From: Chitinophagaceae bacterium
GTDB taxonomy: Bacteria; Bacteroidota; Bacteroidia; Chitinophagales; Chitinophagaceae
Direction: 5' to 3'
DNA length: 64,000 nucleotides
NCBI GenBank assembly: GCA_039919885.1
Contig: JBDSEV010000022.1
Coordinates: forward strand, 43,284 to 107,283
The position numbers were made by a program, and so were the translations under genes. This document shows positions 1 to 9,083 of the stretch, in pieces (the stretch's first letter is position 1; every line of letters begins with the position of its first letter). The notes under the pieces are model-generated. The model saw nothing but the letters and a program-made list of their open reading frames with translations. It did not search any database and was not told the DNA's origin.

Positions 1-253
1 CCACGCTGCCTTTTCCATTCCCTTCTTCAAAAGCCGCGTAAACGTGTTGCTGGTTGGGTGATACTGTTAGGAAAGAAGGATTCGGTGCTTTTATTTTACT
101 TTTATATGCGGCGGTTCCGGTAAGGCTGTTGAAATCGTACACATAAATACCTTCACTTTTGCCACTGGTATAGGTGCCAATAACCAGGTAACTGTGCTGC
201 GCGTTTGCTGTAAACATCTGTAAAAGAATAATAAGCTGGAAAATAATTTTCAT
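1..253 (-). CDS. Lactonase-family protein (6-phosphogluconolactonase-like 7-bladed beta-propeller). N-terminal fragment only; the gene continues past the window start.
   Basis: My own reverse-strand translation from the ATG at 253-251 gives MKIIFQLIILLQMFTANAQHSYLVIGTYTSGKSEGIYVYDFNSLTGTAAYKSKIKAPNPSFLTVSPNQQHVYAAFEEGNGKGSV. That is a signal peptide followed by the GTYT..GIYVY..NPSFL pattern typical of this family. It is absent from the ORF track because it runs off the window. Confidence 0.6.
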   Translation of the reverse strand, partial: MKIIFQLIILLQMFTANAQHSYLVIGTYTSGKSEGIYVYDFNSLTGTAAYKSKIKAPNPSFLTVSPNQQHVYAAFEEGNGKGSV

Positions 254-361
254 ATGCCGGATGCATTTAATTTATATGACAATACCATAAAGATAAATGA
301 AAAATAATTCGAATAAGGCTCGGATATGTAGCCATCATGCAGCGGTTTTACAAGTGGCAGG

Positions 362-1600
362 ATGCATTCATCATCATCAAATGTTCTTCCTACACCTATG
401 GTGCCAACGCTGATACAAAAAAGAAAATTTAGTTTGTTTCTTGCGGGTATTATTATGGTGCTGGCCGTTGCCGATGCATGTAAAAATATGGCCAGCAGAA
501 ATGCCACGGATAATTTCCGGGACCTGGTACCAGCTTTTATAAAAGACAGTATTTATTTGTCGGCCACCAACCCATTCTCTGCAGGCAAGGCGGCCATTGG
601 TCGTTATTTATTTTACGATCGGCGCCTTTCTGTTAATAATTCAAAAGCATGTGCCAGTTGTCATAGCCCGGGGTTTTCTTTTACAGACGGTTACCGCCGG
701 TCTATCGGTGCACTGGGTGACAACGTGCAGCACAATGCCCCGGCGCTGGTAAATGTCGTTTTTAATAAATACCTGACGGCTGCGGATTCCACTCTTCATT
801 TCCCGGAACAGCAAATCAACAACCCGATGTTTCACCAATCACCGCCAGAGCTTGGCTGGGCGGGCAATGAGCAACTTATATTGGCGCGGTTGCGGACGGA
901 TAGTTTGTACAGCCACCGGCTACCCGCGCTTTTTCCGGGTGAGCAAGACGCTTTTACGGTGCAGCACATACAGGACTGCATCAGCAGTTTTGTAAAAACC
1001 ATCCTTTCGTTTAATGCACCCTTGGATCAGTATACATACAAACGCGATAGCGCTGCTATGTCTGCCTCCGCGCTGAAGGGGATGCGTTTGTTTTTTGCTG
1101 ATCGCCTGCATTGCAAGAATTGTCATGGCGGCATTAATTTTTCTGTTCCTTCCCTTACGGACGCCGATGGAAAAATTGCTTATTACCAGAACACGGGCTT
1201 ATACAATATTGATGGCCTGGGATCTTATCCCGTGCACGACCGCGGCCTGATTGAATACACAAAACAACCAGTGGACATGGGCAGGTTCCGGGTGGCATCC
1301 TTGCGCAACCTCGCTTTTACCGCGCCCTACCTGCATGATGGTAGCGCAGCAACCCTGGAAGAGGTGATAGCCATTTATGCCGGGGGCGGAAGGCATACCG
1401 CCTCGCCTGGCGATAAGGGTAACGGCAGCACTAACCCATACAAAAATCCGCTGATAGCCGGTTTCTCTATAACACCGCAGGAAAAAAAAGAACTGGTTGA
1501 CTTCTTATTAAGCCTGTCCGATTCCTCCGCGTGCAACAATAACTTGTACAACAATCCTTTTAGTGCCGATGAGACGCGCGCTGAAGAGCCCAATAGGTAA
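362..1600 (+). CDS. Di-haem cytochrome c peroxidase (CCP/MauG family)
   Basis: 412-aa ORF with two CxxCH haem motifs (CASCHSPGFSFTDG and CKNCHGG) and the CCP-like stretch FRVASLRNLAFTAPYLHDGS. The start may instead be the internal Met at 398 (MVPTLIQKRKFSLFLAG...AVADAC, lipoprotein-like). Confidence 0.85.
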   Translation: MHSSSSNVLPTPMVPTLIQKRKFSLFLAGIIMVLAVADACKNMASRNATDNFRDLVPAFIKDSIYLSATNPFSAGKAAIGRYLFYDRRLSVNNSKACASCHSPGFSFTDGYRRSIGALGDNVQHNAPALVNVVFNKYLTAADSTLHFPEQQINNPMFHQSPPELGWAGNEQLILARLRTDSLYSHRLPALFPGEQDAFTVQHIQDCISSFVKTILSFNAPLDQYTYKRDSAAMSASALKGMRLFFADRLHCKNCHGGINFSVPSLTDADGKIAYYQNTGLYNIDGLGSYPVHDRGLIEYTKQPVDMGRFRVASLRNLAFTAPYLHDGSAATLEEVIAIYAGGGRHTASPGDKGNGSTNPYKNPLIAGFSITPQEKKELVDFLLSLSDSSACNNNLYNNPFSADETRAEEPNR

Positions 1601-1991
1601 TTGGAGGAAAAAATGAGGATAGACCAGCGTTTTCTGTCTTGTTTTCACTAAGGGTTTGCTTTTATTCGGTTGATTGATTTAATAGTAAACCGAGCCTGAA
1701 AATGATGAAAATACGGTGCGGCTTTAAACTACATCAATAGGGCATATTTGCGGCCAAACGGAGATCGGAAAATCCCACGCAAAGCAACGCGCAATCTTGT
1801 GTTTATCAGAGAACAATTGTTCGCGCAAGCGCCAAAAAGTTAACCAGCACCGTTTAAATCGATTGACGACCAGTGATTTATATGTCAATTTTCTGCGTTT
1901 TCCATCCGTCGAACAAATGAGGTTTAGTAAACGGCAAAATACGTCCGTTCATCGCGTATACAAACCAGTTCGTCTAAAACGGGTTCGCGCC

Positions 1992-2023
1992 TTTAGCATC
2001 TCTCGTATATGATAGTAGTTTTG
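1992..2023 (+). promoter_or_regulatory. Putative Bacteroidota sigma-A promoter (TTTA-N20-TAGTTTTG) for the 2076 gene
   Basis: TAGTTTTG at 2016-2023 matches the published Bacteroidetes -7 consensus TAnnTTTG. A TTTA sits 20 nt upstream at 1992-1995. The ATG is 53 nt downstream. Confidence 0.4.
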
Positions 2024-2075
2024 CATCGCAGACAGTATAAATACTGTTTGCCATAAACCAGCAAACCTTACCCTC

Positions 2076-5000
2076 ATGAAACTAAAATTTTACTTAATCC
2101 GGACCATCCTGTTGCTTACAGGAACAGTCGTTTTCCAGGCGATAGATGCCCAGGTTGCGGGCACGGTGTTCCGTGATATGAACGCGAACGGTATCCAGGA
2201 CAACATCAACCCAACCGAGCCAGGTGAATATGGTGTAACTGTTAAAGCCTATAATGCAGCCAACAGTCTTATTGCAACAGCAACCACTGATGCGGCAGGC
2301 TTCTATAGCTTCAGCGCTGCCCAGGCGGCGGCGGGTACGGCGCTACGACTGGAGTTTTCAGCCAGCGCGGGCGATTATCCTTCCAGACGAGCTGCAGCGG
2401 ACAGGAGTAATATCCAATTTGTAATTGCTGGGCCCACTGCTAATAGTATAGACTATGCACTGGCAACAAAAAAGTTATTGTCAGATAATAGCAACCCTTT
2501 CGTTGCTACAACCGCGGCCACCAATGGCAACGCACTTGCAACCGGTGCGGGCAATGCGGGCGACAATGATAACCTGTACGTTTTTCCGTACGACTTAAGC
2601 GGCAACGGCGGCAGCACGCGCAGAGCAAAGAATCAATATACTGGTTCTGTATTTGGCCTAGCCTGGCAGCGCGAGTCGCGCACATTGCTGATGGCGGCTT
2701 ACCTGAAACGCCACGCGGGTTTTGGACCCGGTGGTATTGGCGCCATTTACCAGACGCAGATCAATCATAACGGTGAGCCCACAGCGCCGACGCTTTTACT
2801 GGATGTGAATGCGATGGGCATAAACGTGGGTACTGACCCGCGCGTAAACCCGCTGCCGGATGCTTCGGCAGATCCCAATACTGACCAGGGTGTATTTGCA
2901 GAAGTAGGGAAAAGAGGAATTGGGAGCATTGAACTGGCAGACAATGGCAGGGATTTGTACATCGTGAATATGTATGAAAATAAATTACACCGCATCAATA
3001 TTGGTAACCCTTTAAAAACTTCTTTCAGCAGCGCCGATGTTACAGGTACCTGGGCCATCCCAGATCCTGGTATTGCGGGAACGGCATGGCACCCGATGGC
3101 GCTAAAAACGCACGCCGGTAAAATGTATGTGGGTGGTATCTGCACCAGGGAAGTTACTACTGCTTATAATGTAGCCGATACAGCCAATTTAACGGGAGTT
3201 GTATATGAAATTAATATCAAATCAGCCAGCCCGGTTTTCACAGAAGTAATGCGTTTCCCGATAACCCACCGTCGGGGCTTTACGAACGCGGATTTCCGCT
3301 ATGAAAACAGGAATAATTACTGGAGCGCGTGGCAGAACAACGGCGACATTTCGATAGGTGGTCCGTTGCGTTCAGATTTACTGGGTTCATTACTGGGTGG
3401 TAATGCAACCGGAATTTACTATTCACAACCGCTTTTCAGTAGTATTGAATTTGACGTGGATGGTTCTATGGTAATTGCTTTGCGTGACCGGTTTGGTGAC
3501 CAGGGGGGCTACGCTAATTATTTTGAAACTGGTAATGTACCGGGCGAAACCTACCGGGTACTTTCTTCCGGAGAGATGATGCGCGCTGGTAAAACCAATA
3601 CGGGCTGGATGCTGGAAAAAAATGCTACGGTATCTAGTGGCGGTATCACAACGGCTACACCTGGTCTGGCAGATAACAACCCGCTTGGGCTGGGGTCGTT
3701 TCTTGCTTTTTTGGGTTCACCATGGGGTGGAAGTTATGGCCCCGGTGGTAAGTATTATTATTACAACCAGAACTTTACCAATACGGGTGTACCTGCGGCG
3801 TTTGCGGGCAGCACCAATACGGGCCATTACCTAAAAACAAACGGTGGACTGGCGCTGTTGCCAGGCTTTAATGAAATCATGACAACTGCTATCGACCCGA
3901 TGAGCCAGTCGTTTACCAACGGATTATTAAAAAATTATAACCTGGGCGCCGATGCGGGAAATATGGCAGGCAGAATGGCATTAATAGCATCCGCAAGCGG
4001 CGACCCGTCCAATATGGGTAAGGCGGCTGCGCTGGGAGACCTGGAGCTGCTGCTGGATGCGCAATCCGTAGAAATCGGTAACCGGGTATGGAATGATATT
4101 AATGGAAATGGCAGACAGGATGCGGATGAACCGGGTATTGCAAACGTGGAAGTGGTATTAAGAAGTCCGGGTGACGATGGCGTGTACAATAACGGAGATG
4201 ACCAGACCTGGACCGTGACAACCGACGCAAATGGCAACTATTATTTTGATGGAAGTTTTGTAAACGATGATCGTCGTCCGGCATCATGGATTGGCGTTAG
4301 TAATACCAACTCCGGTATATTGCCCGGGTTTGAATACAAAGTGGAAATTAATCCGCAATCATCCATCACCGGTTTGTTGCTGACTGCTGCACATGCCAGT
4401 GCCGATGAGATTGACAATGATGGTACCTACGACATCACCCGCGCGCAATACATCATCAACCCGGGTGGTTCCGCAGCACCCAACAGCAGTTTTGAAAATA
4501 ATTATAATATCGATTTTGGTTTTAGCAACAACAGCCTGCTTTCTGTAAATAAAATTGAGTTAACTGCCACCCTTGTAAACAGCGATGTAAAATTGCAGTG
4601 GAATACTTTTGATGAGTTGAATGTGCGCACCTACACGGTTGAAAGAAGCACGGACAACAGGCAGTTCAGCAGCATTGGGTTTGCCGTTTCGAAAGGCAAT
4701 GGTAGTTTCACTTACCAGTCTGTTGATAACATCGAAAAATTGGGCGCCGTAAAAATGTATTACCGCGTTAAAATAGTTGACACCAATGGCCGTGTTAAGT
4801 ATTCTGCTACCGTATCGGTAAACAGTAAGCTGGCAACAGGTGTAATGGTTACGCCTAACCCATTTATTTCTTTTATACAGGTACAGGCCCGTGCAGATAA
4901 AAACGGCACCGGCAGCCTGCGCATTGTAAATGCCGGCGGGCAGGTAATCTACAATAGGAATGTACAGCTGGTGAAAGGACAAAACAGCTTTACCATAGAC

Positions 5001-5087
5001 GGTTTGGAAAATACTGCACGGGGCATGTATTATTTTGAACTGGAAGCTGCTGGAACAGTTGCAAGGGAAAAAATAATGAAACAATAA
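2076..5087 (+). CDS. Large secreted T9SS cargo protein. Two SdrD-B/Cna-B-like domains flank a roughly 600-aa unassigned region, followed by an Fn3-like YYRVK domain and a T9SS C-terminal sorting domain.
   Basis: 1003-aa ORF with a signal peptide (MKLKFYLIRTILLLTGTVVFQAIDAQ). The SdrD-B-like motifs are VFRDMNANGIQDNINPTEPGEYGVTVKAY and VWNDINGNGRQDADEPGIANVEVVL...TDANGNYYFD. The C-terminal tail (LQWNTFDE...VERSTDNRQF...YYRVKIVDTNGRVKYS...VTPNPF...) is shared with five other proteins in this window. Confidence 0.85.
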   Translation: MKLKFYLIRTILLLTGTVVFQAIDAQVAGTVFRDMNANGIQDNINPTEPGEYGVTVKAYNAANSLIATATTDAAGFYSFSAAQAAAGTALRLEFSASAGDYPSRRAAADRSNIQFVIAGPTANSIDYALATKKLLSDNSNPFVATTAATNGNALATGAGNAGDNDNLYVFPYDLSGNGGSTRRAKNQYTGSVFGLAWQRESRTLLMAAYLKRHAGFGPGGIGAIYQTQINHNGEPTAPTLLLDVNAMGINVGTDPRVNPLPDASADPNTDQGVFAEVGKRGIGSIELADNGRDLYIVNMYENKLHRINIGNPLKTSFSSADVTGTWAIPDPGIAGTAWHPMALKTHAGKMYVGGICTREVTTAYNVADTANLTGVVYEINIKSASPVFTEVMRFPITHRRGFTNADFRYENRNNYWSAWQNNGDISIGGPLRSDLLGSLLGGNATGIYYSQPLFSSIEFDVDGSMVIALRDRFGDQGGYANYFETGNVPGETYRVLSSGEMMRAGKTNTGWMLEKNATVSSGGITTATPGLADNNPLGLGSFLAFLGSPWGGSYGPGGKYYYYNQNFTNTGVPAAFAGSTNTGHYLKTNGGLALLPGFNEIMTTAIDPMSQSFTNGLLKNYNLGADAGNMAGRMALIASASGDPSNMGKAAALGDLELLLDAQSVEIGNRVWNDINGNGRQDADEPGIANVEVVLRSPGDDGVYNNGDDQTWTVTTDANGNYYFDGSFVNDDRRPASWIGVSNTNSGILPGFEYKVEINPQSSITGLLLTAAHASADEIDNDGTYDITRAQYIINPGGSAAPNSSFENNYNIDFGFSNNSLLSVNKIELTATLVNSDVKLQWNTFDELNVRTYTVERSTDNRQFSSIGFAVSKGNGSFTYQSVDNIEKLGAVKMYYRVKIVDTNGRVKYSATVSVNSKLATGVMVTPNPFISFIQVQARADKNGTGSLRIVNAGGQVIYNRNVQLVKGQNSFTIDGLENTARGMYYFELEAAGTVAREKIMKQ

Positions 5088-5130
5088 TTTTTTAATACCC
5101 GCCAACCAGTCCGTACCCGACTGGCAACAA

Positions 5131-5163
5131 CTGCACCTCCTGCAAAGGGGGTGTAGTTTTTTT
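5131..5163 (+). terminator. Rho-independent terminator downstream of the 2076-5087 gene
   Basis: A 10-bp stem pairs ctgcacctcc (5131-5140) with ggggggtgtag-side bases 5147-5156, including two G-U pairs, around the 6-nt loop tgcaaa. A T7 run follows immediately at 5157-5163. Confidence 0.7.
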
Positions 5164-5222
5164 ATACTATTGCGTGGAGCAGGCAGATCATGCGGCAAGA
5201 TGCAACAAGACTGCGGTGCCTG

Positions 5223-6149
5223 TTAGCTCAATTTATCCAGCGCAGCGGTGATACGATTGTATACCGCTTCATCGCTGAGCGGTTGCGGAACAAATTTTTC
5301 GCCAATCACTTTTTCATATAGTTCTATGTAGCGTTTGCTGATAGTATCAATCCATTCATCAGACATCGCCGGTACTGTTTGTCCGTGTTTGCCCATAAAA
5401 TTATTCGCAATCAGCCACTCGCGTACAAACTCTTTGCTAAGTTGTTGTTGTTTTTCTCCGCTCGCCTGTCTTTCTTCAAAACCGGCTGCATAAAAATAGC
5501 GCGAAGAATCGGGGGTATGTATTTCGTCCATCAGGTAAATGGTATCGCCGATGCGGCCAAATTCATACTTGGTGTCCACCAGTATCAAACCTTGTTTCGC
5601 CGCTATCTGTTTTCCCTTTTCAAACAATTGCAGGGTGTACTGCTCCAGGACTTTCCATTCCGCTGCGGTGGCCAGCCCGGTAGCAATAATTTCTTCTTTG
5701 CTGATGTCTTCATCATGCCCTTCCGCCGCTTTGGTAGACGGAGTAATAATGGGGGAGGGGAAGTAATCGTTTTCTTTCATCCCCTCGGGCATGGTAATAC
5801 CACACAATATTCGTTTTCCGCTGTTATAGGTTCTCCAGGCGTGCCCGGTAAGATTTCCCCTTACCACCATTTCTATTTTGTAGGGGATGCATTTTTTACC
5901 AATGGAAACAGTGGGTGCCGGCACTGCGGATAACCAATTGGGACAAATATCCGTGGTTGCTGCCAGCATATATGCAGCTATTTGATTCAACACCTGTCCT
6001 TTAAATGGTATCGGGTGGGGCAGTATTACATCGAATGCGGAAATACGGTCCGATGCAATCATTACCAGCCATTCGTCGTTGATGGTATATACGTCCCTGA
6101 CTTTACCGCTGTAAAATTTTGTTTGCTGCGGAAAACTAAATGTTGCCAT
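5223..6149 (-). CDS. purC: Phosphoribosylaminoimidazole-succinocarboxamide (SAICAR) synthase
   Basis: 308-aa ORF with the hallmarks [11 protein letters not shown]...[10 protein letters not shown] and [11 protein letters not shown]. Confidence 0.93.
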   Translation of the reverse strand: MATFSFPQQTKFYSGKVRDVYTINDEWLVMIASDRISAFDVILPHPIPFKGQVLNQIAAYMLAATTDICPNWLSAVPAPTVSIGKKCIPYKIEMVVRGNLTGHAWRTYNSGKRILCGITMPEGMKENDYFPSPIITPSTKAAEGHDEDISKEEIIATGLATAAEWKVLEQYTLQLFEKGKQIAAKQGLILVDTKYEFGRIGDTIYLMDEIHTPDSSRYFYAAGFEERQASGEKQQQLSKEFVREWLIANNFMGKHGQTVPAMSDEWIDTISKRYIELYEKVIGEKFVPQPLSDEAVYNRITAALDKLS

Positions 6150-6289
6150 GCCCCGAAATTACGGTCGGGCAGGCTACCGCAACGTTTAAAATATCAACAG
6201 CCTCTATGTATCTGTGTAAAATTAAATTTTTGTATTAAAAGATTACAAATTGTACTTTGGTGCTCAATAGATTCAATAAACACGCCATC

Positions 6290-9058
6290 ATGAAAAAACA
6301 CCCCCGTTATCTTGCTCTATTGCTGATCGTTTTTACATTTACTATTACCGCCACTGCACAAACCGTTACCGTAACCGGGAATGTGAAAAACAGCAGTAAC
6401 AAAGACGCGGTTCCTGCAGTATCTGTTACCATTAAAGGTTCTTCATCCGGCACATTTACCGATGAAAAAGGAGATTTCAAAGTTGTTACCGCGCAAAAAC
6501 TTCCGATTACACTGATTATCTCGTCCATTGGGTTTGAAACAAAAGAAATGCTGGTGACGTCGGCTTCCAGCCCGGTGCAGGTTGATTTTGTACCTGCTTC
6601 TTCATTGGGAACAGAAGTGGTGGTTTCTGCCAGCAGGGTGCCACAGCGTATCCTGGAGTCGCCGGTTTCTATTGAAAGAATAAGCGCGGCCAACATTCGT
6701 AATTCACCCGCGGCTTCGTATTATGATGTATTGGCGAATCTAAAGGGTGTAGATGTAGTTACGTCTTCACTTACGTTTAAAACGCCCAGTACCCGCGGTT
6801 TTAGCGCCAGCGGTAATACGCGGCTTAACCAGTTGGTGGATGGAATGGATAACCAGGCACCCGGACTCAATTTTTCCGTAGGCGGCGTGGTGGGGTTAAC
6901 CGAACTGGATGTAGACAATATAGAATTGCTGCCTGGTGCTTCCTCGGCTTTGTATGGCCCGGGTGGTATGACGGGCACCATCCTTATCAACAGTAAGAAT
7001 CCTTTTAAATACCAGGGTCTTTCCTTCCAAATAAAAGAAGGGATCATGAATACGGACAGTCGTTTCAGGTCTTTGTCGCCTTACCACAACTGGTCGGTGA
7101 GATGGGCAGAAAAAGTCTCGGACCGGTTTGCTTTTAAAATAGGGATGGAACTGGTGGCCGCCAAAGACTGGCTGGGCTACGATAAAAGAAATTATTCCCG
7201 CACCGGAACGAACGGTAAAATAATTGATGGCGACCGGGCAACAGACCCTAACTACGATGGTATTAACACTTATGGCGATGAAACGACGATTGATATCCGC
7301 TCCAATGTTTTCCCGGGTATTGCGGCCAGCGCGCCTTTCCTCAAGGGGTTCCTGGATACGCTCAATGGCGGCAGGCCGATGAATGTGTCCCGTACCGGTT
7401 ATAATGAAAACGAAGCAGTCAATCCGAATACCCTCAACTATAAATTGTCCGGAGCGCTTCACTATAAACTGTCAGCGAAAACAGAAGCCATCCTTGCTGG
7501 TCATTGGGGTACGGGCAGTACAGTGTATACCGGAAGCGAACGGTATAGCCTGAGGAACCTGAAAATTGGACAATATAAATTTGAGATCAATAATCCAAAC
7601 TGGATGCTGCGGGCTTATACCACGCAGGAAGATGCCGGAGAAAGTTACAATGCCACCGTTACTACGCGCCTGGTAAATGAAGCATGGAAGCCCAGCGGCG
7701 GTGCCACCGGTTGGTTCTCCCAATACTCGCAGGCCTACCTGGGAGCGCGTTTAAATGGAGCAACCGACTTTAACGCACAGACCGCTGCCCGTGCCGCTGC
7801 GGACGTTGGCAGGCCTTCGCCTACCAGCGACCAGTTTAGAACGTTGTTCGACCGGGTAAGGAGTGTACCCATTTCAAAAGGAGGCGGACTTTTCCTGGAT
7901 AAAACCAATTTGTATATGGTAGAAGGCCAGGCAAACCTGAGCCCGGTTACCAAAAATGTTGCTGATATTATCATCGGCGCCAACTATAAACGTTACCTCC
8001 TTAATAGTGAAGGCACGCTGTTTGCGGACAGCACCGGTAAAATTGGTATAAATGAATTTGGCGCATACATGCAGGCCAGCAGAAGTTTATTCAATGATGT
8101 GATTAAACTTTCATTGAGTGGCCGGTACGATAAGAACCAAAACTTTAAAGGACGCTTTACCCCGAGGGCTACCATGGTGGTAAAAGTTGCAGACAACAAT
8201 AACATCCGTTTCAGTTACCAGCAGGCGTACCGCTTTCCCAGTACACAACAACAATGGATTAATTTAAATATTGGTTCCAACACGCAGTTAATTGGAGGCA
8301 ACAAAAGTTTCATCAGTTATTACAACCTGAAGACAACGCCAACGTATGAGCTAAGCGCCACATCGCCTACTACGGTAAATACAACGGCGTATGGTTTCCC
8401 GGATTCAAAACCAGAATCGGTAACTACTTATGAAATGGGCTACAAAGGCCTGGTTGGGAAAAATTTACTGATTGATGCTTATGGCTACTACGGCGAATAC
8501 AAAGATTTTATATACCGCACGCTGGTGATTCAGCCTACGAGTGGTAATGTAAATGATGTGGTAACGGCATTGGCCAACAATGTTCCGGCCAGCAATGTGG
8601 GTCGTATTTTTTCTGTGCCGGCCAATACCACTTCAAAAGTTAAAACCTATGGCTTTGGCCTTTCTATCGACTACCGGTTACCGCTGGGTTTTATTGTTAG
8701 TGGAAACGTTTCTTCGGATAATTTAAAAGATGCGGGCGGGTTCAGGGCTTCTTTCAGCACGCCAAAATACAGAACTAATTTTTCCCTCGCCAACAATGGT
8801 TTTGGAAAGGGTAAAAGAATTGGATTCAATGTTACCTGGCGCTGGCAGGATTCGTTTTACTACGACGGCGACTTCGGCAACGGAGATATTCCTGCAATGC
8901 ACACGCTCGATGCACAGGTCAGCTATAAAGTTCCCAATACAAAAGTGGGCCTTAAGCTCGGCGCCAATAACCTGCTGAATCAGTATTATGTAAATGCAAT
9001 AGGCAATTCAATGGTGGGCGGTTTGTATTACGTGGCCTTTGCCTACAATGTATTTTAA
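6290..9058 (+). CDS. TonB-dependent outer-membrane receptor with an N-terminal carboxypeptidase-regulatory-like domain
   Basis: Start taken at MKKHPRYLALLLIVFTFTITATAQ (6290); the ORF-track extension from 6257 is unlikely. It has a CarbopepD_reg-like domain (VTVTGNVKNSSNKDAVPAVSVTIKGSSSGTFTDEKGDFKV), a plug region (ESPVSIERISAANIRN), and a long beta-barrel ending in the terminal aromatic YVAFAYNVF. Confidence 0.85.
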   Translation: MKKHPRYLALLLIVFTFTITATAQTVTVTGNVKNSSNKDAVPAVSVTIKGSSSGTFTDEKGDFKVVTAQKLPITLIISSIGFETKEMLVTSASSPVQVDFVPASSLGTEVVVSASRVPQRILESPVSIERISAANIRNSPAASYYDVLANLKGVDVVTSSLTFKTPSTRGFSASGNTRLNQLVDGMDNQAPGLNFSVGGVVGLTELDVDNIELLPGASSALYGPGGMTGTILINSKNPFKYQGLSFQIKEGIMNTDSRFRSLSPYHNWSVRWAEKVSDRFAFKIGMELVAAKDWLGYDKRNYSRTGTNGKIIDGDRATDPNYDGINTYGDETTIDIRSNVFPGIAASAPFLKGFLDTLNGGRPMNVSRTGYNENEAVNPNTLNYKLSGALHYKLSAKTEAILAGHWGTGSTVYTGSERYSLRNLKIGQYKFEINNPNWMLRAYTTQEDAGESYNATVTTRLVNEAWKPSGGATGWFSQYSQAYLGARLNGATDFNAQTAARAAADVGRPSPTSDQFRTLFDRVRSVPISKGGGLFLDKTNLYMVEGQANLSPVTKNVADIIIGANYKRYLLNSEGTLFADSTGKIGINEFGAYMQASRSLFNDVIKLSLSGRYDKNQNFKGRFTPRATMVVKVADNNNIRFSYQQAYRFPSTQQQWINLNIGSNTQLIGGNKSFISYYNLKTTPTYELSATSPTTVNTTAYGFPDSKPESVTTYEMGYKGLVGKNLLIDAYGYYGEYKDFIYRTLVIQPTSGNVNDVVTALANNVPASNVGRIFSVPANTTSKVKTYGFGLSIDYRLPLGFIVSGNVSSDNLKDAGGFRASFSTPKYRTNFSLANNGFGKGKRIGFNVTWRWQDSFYYDGDFGNGDIPAMHTLDAQVSYKVPNTKVGLKLGANNLLNQYYVNAIGNSMVGGLYYVAFAYNVF

Positions 9059-9083
9059 TAGTTAATTACCTCAAATCGTATTT

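Noticed and set aside
1797-2012. 71-aa ORF in the 475-bp intergenic region upstream of the 2076 gene
   Set aside because: It has a non-ATG start and a highly basic, low-complexity translation, and it overlaps the predicted promoter. I saw no riboswitch motif in the region either.
4560-5198. Long antisense shadow ORFs inside well-supported genes (for example 4560-5198, 5379-5933, 6896-7462, 9755-10231, 44692-45252, 47371-47916 and 52733-53218)
   Set aside because: Each lies fully inside, or mostly overlaps, a gene with clear family motifs on the other strand. None shows motifs of its own.
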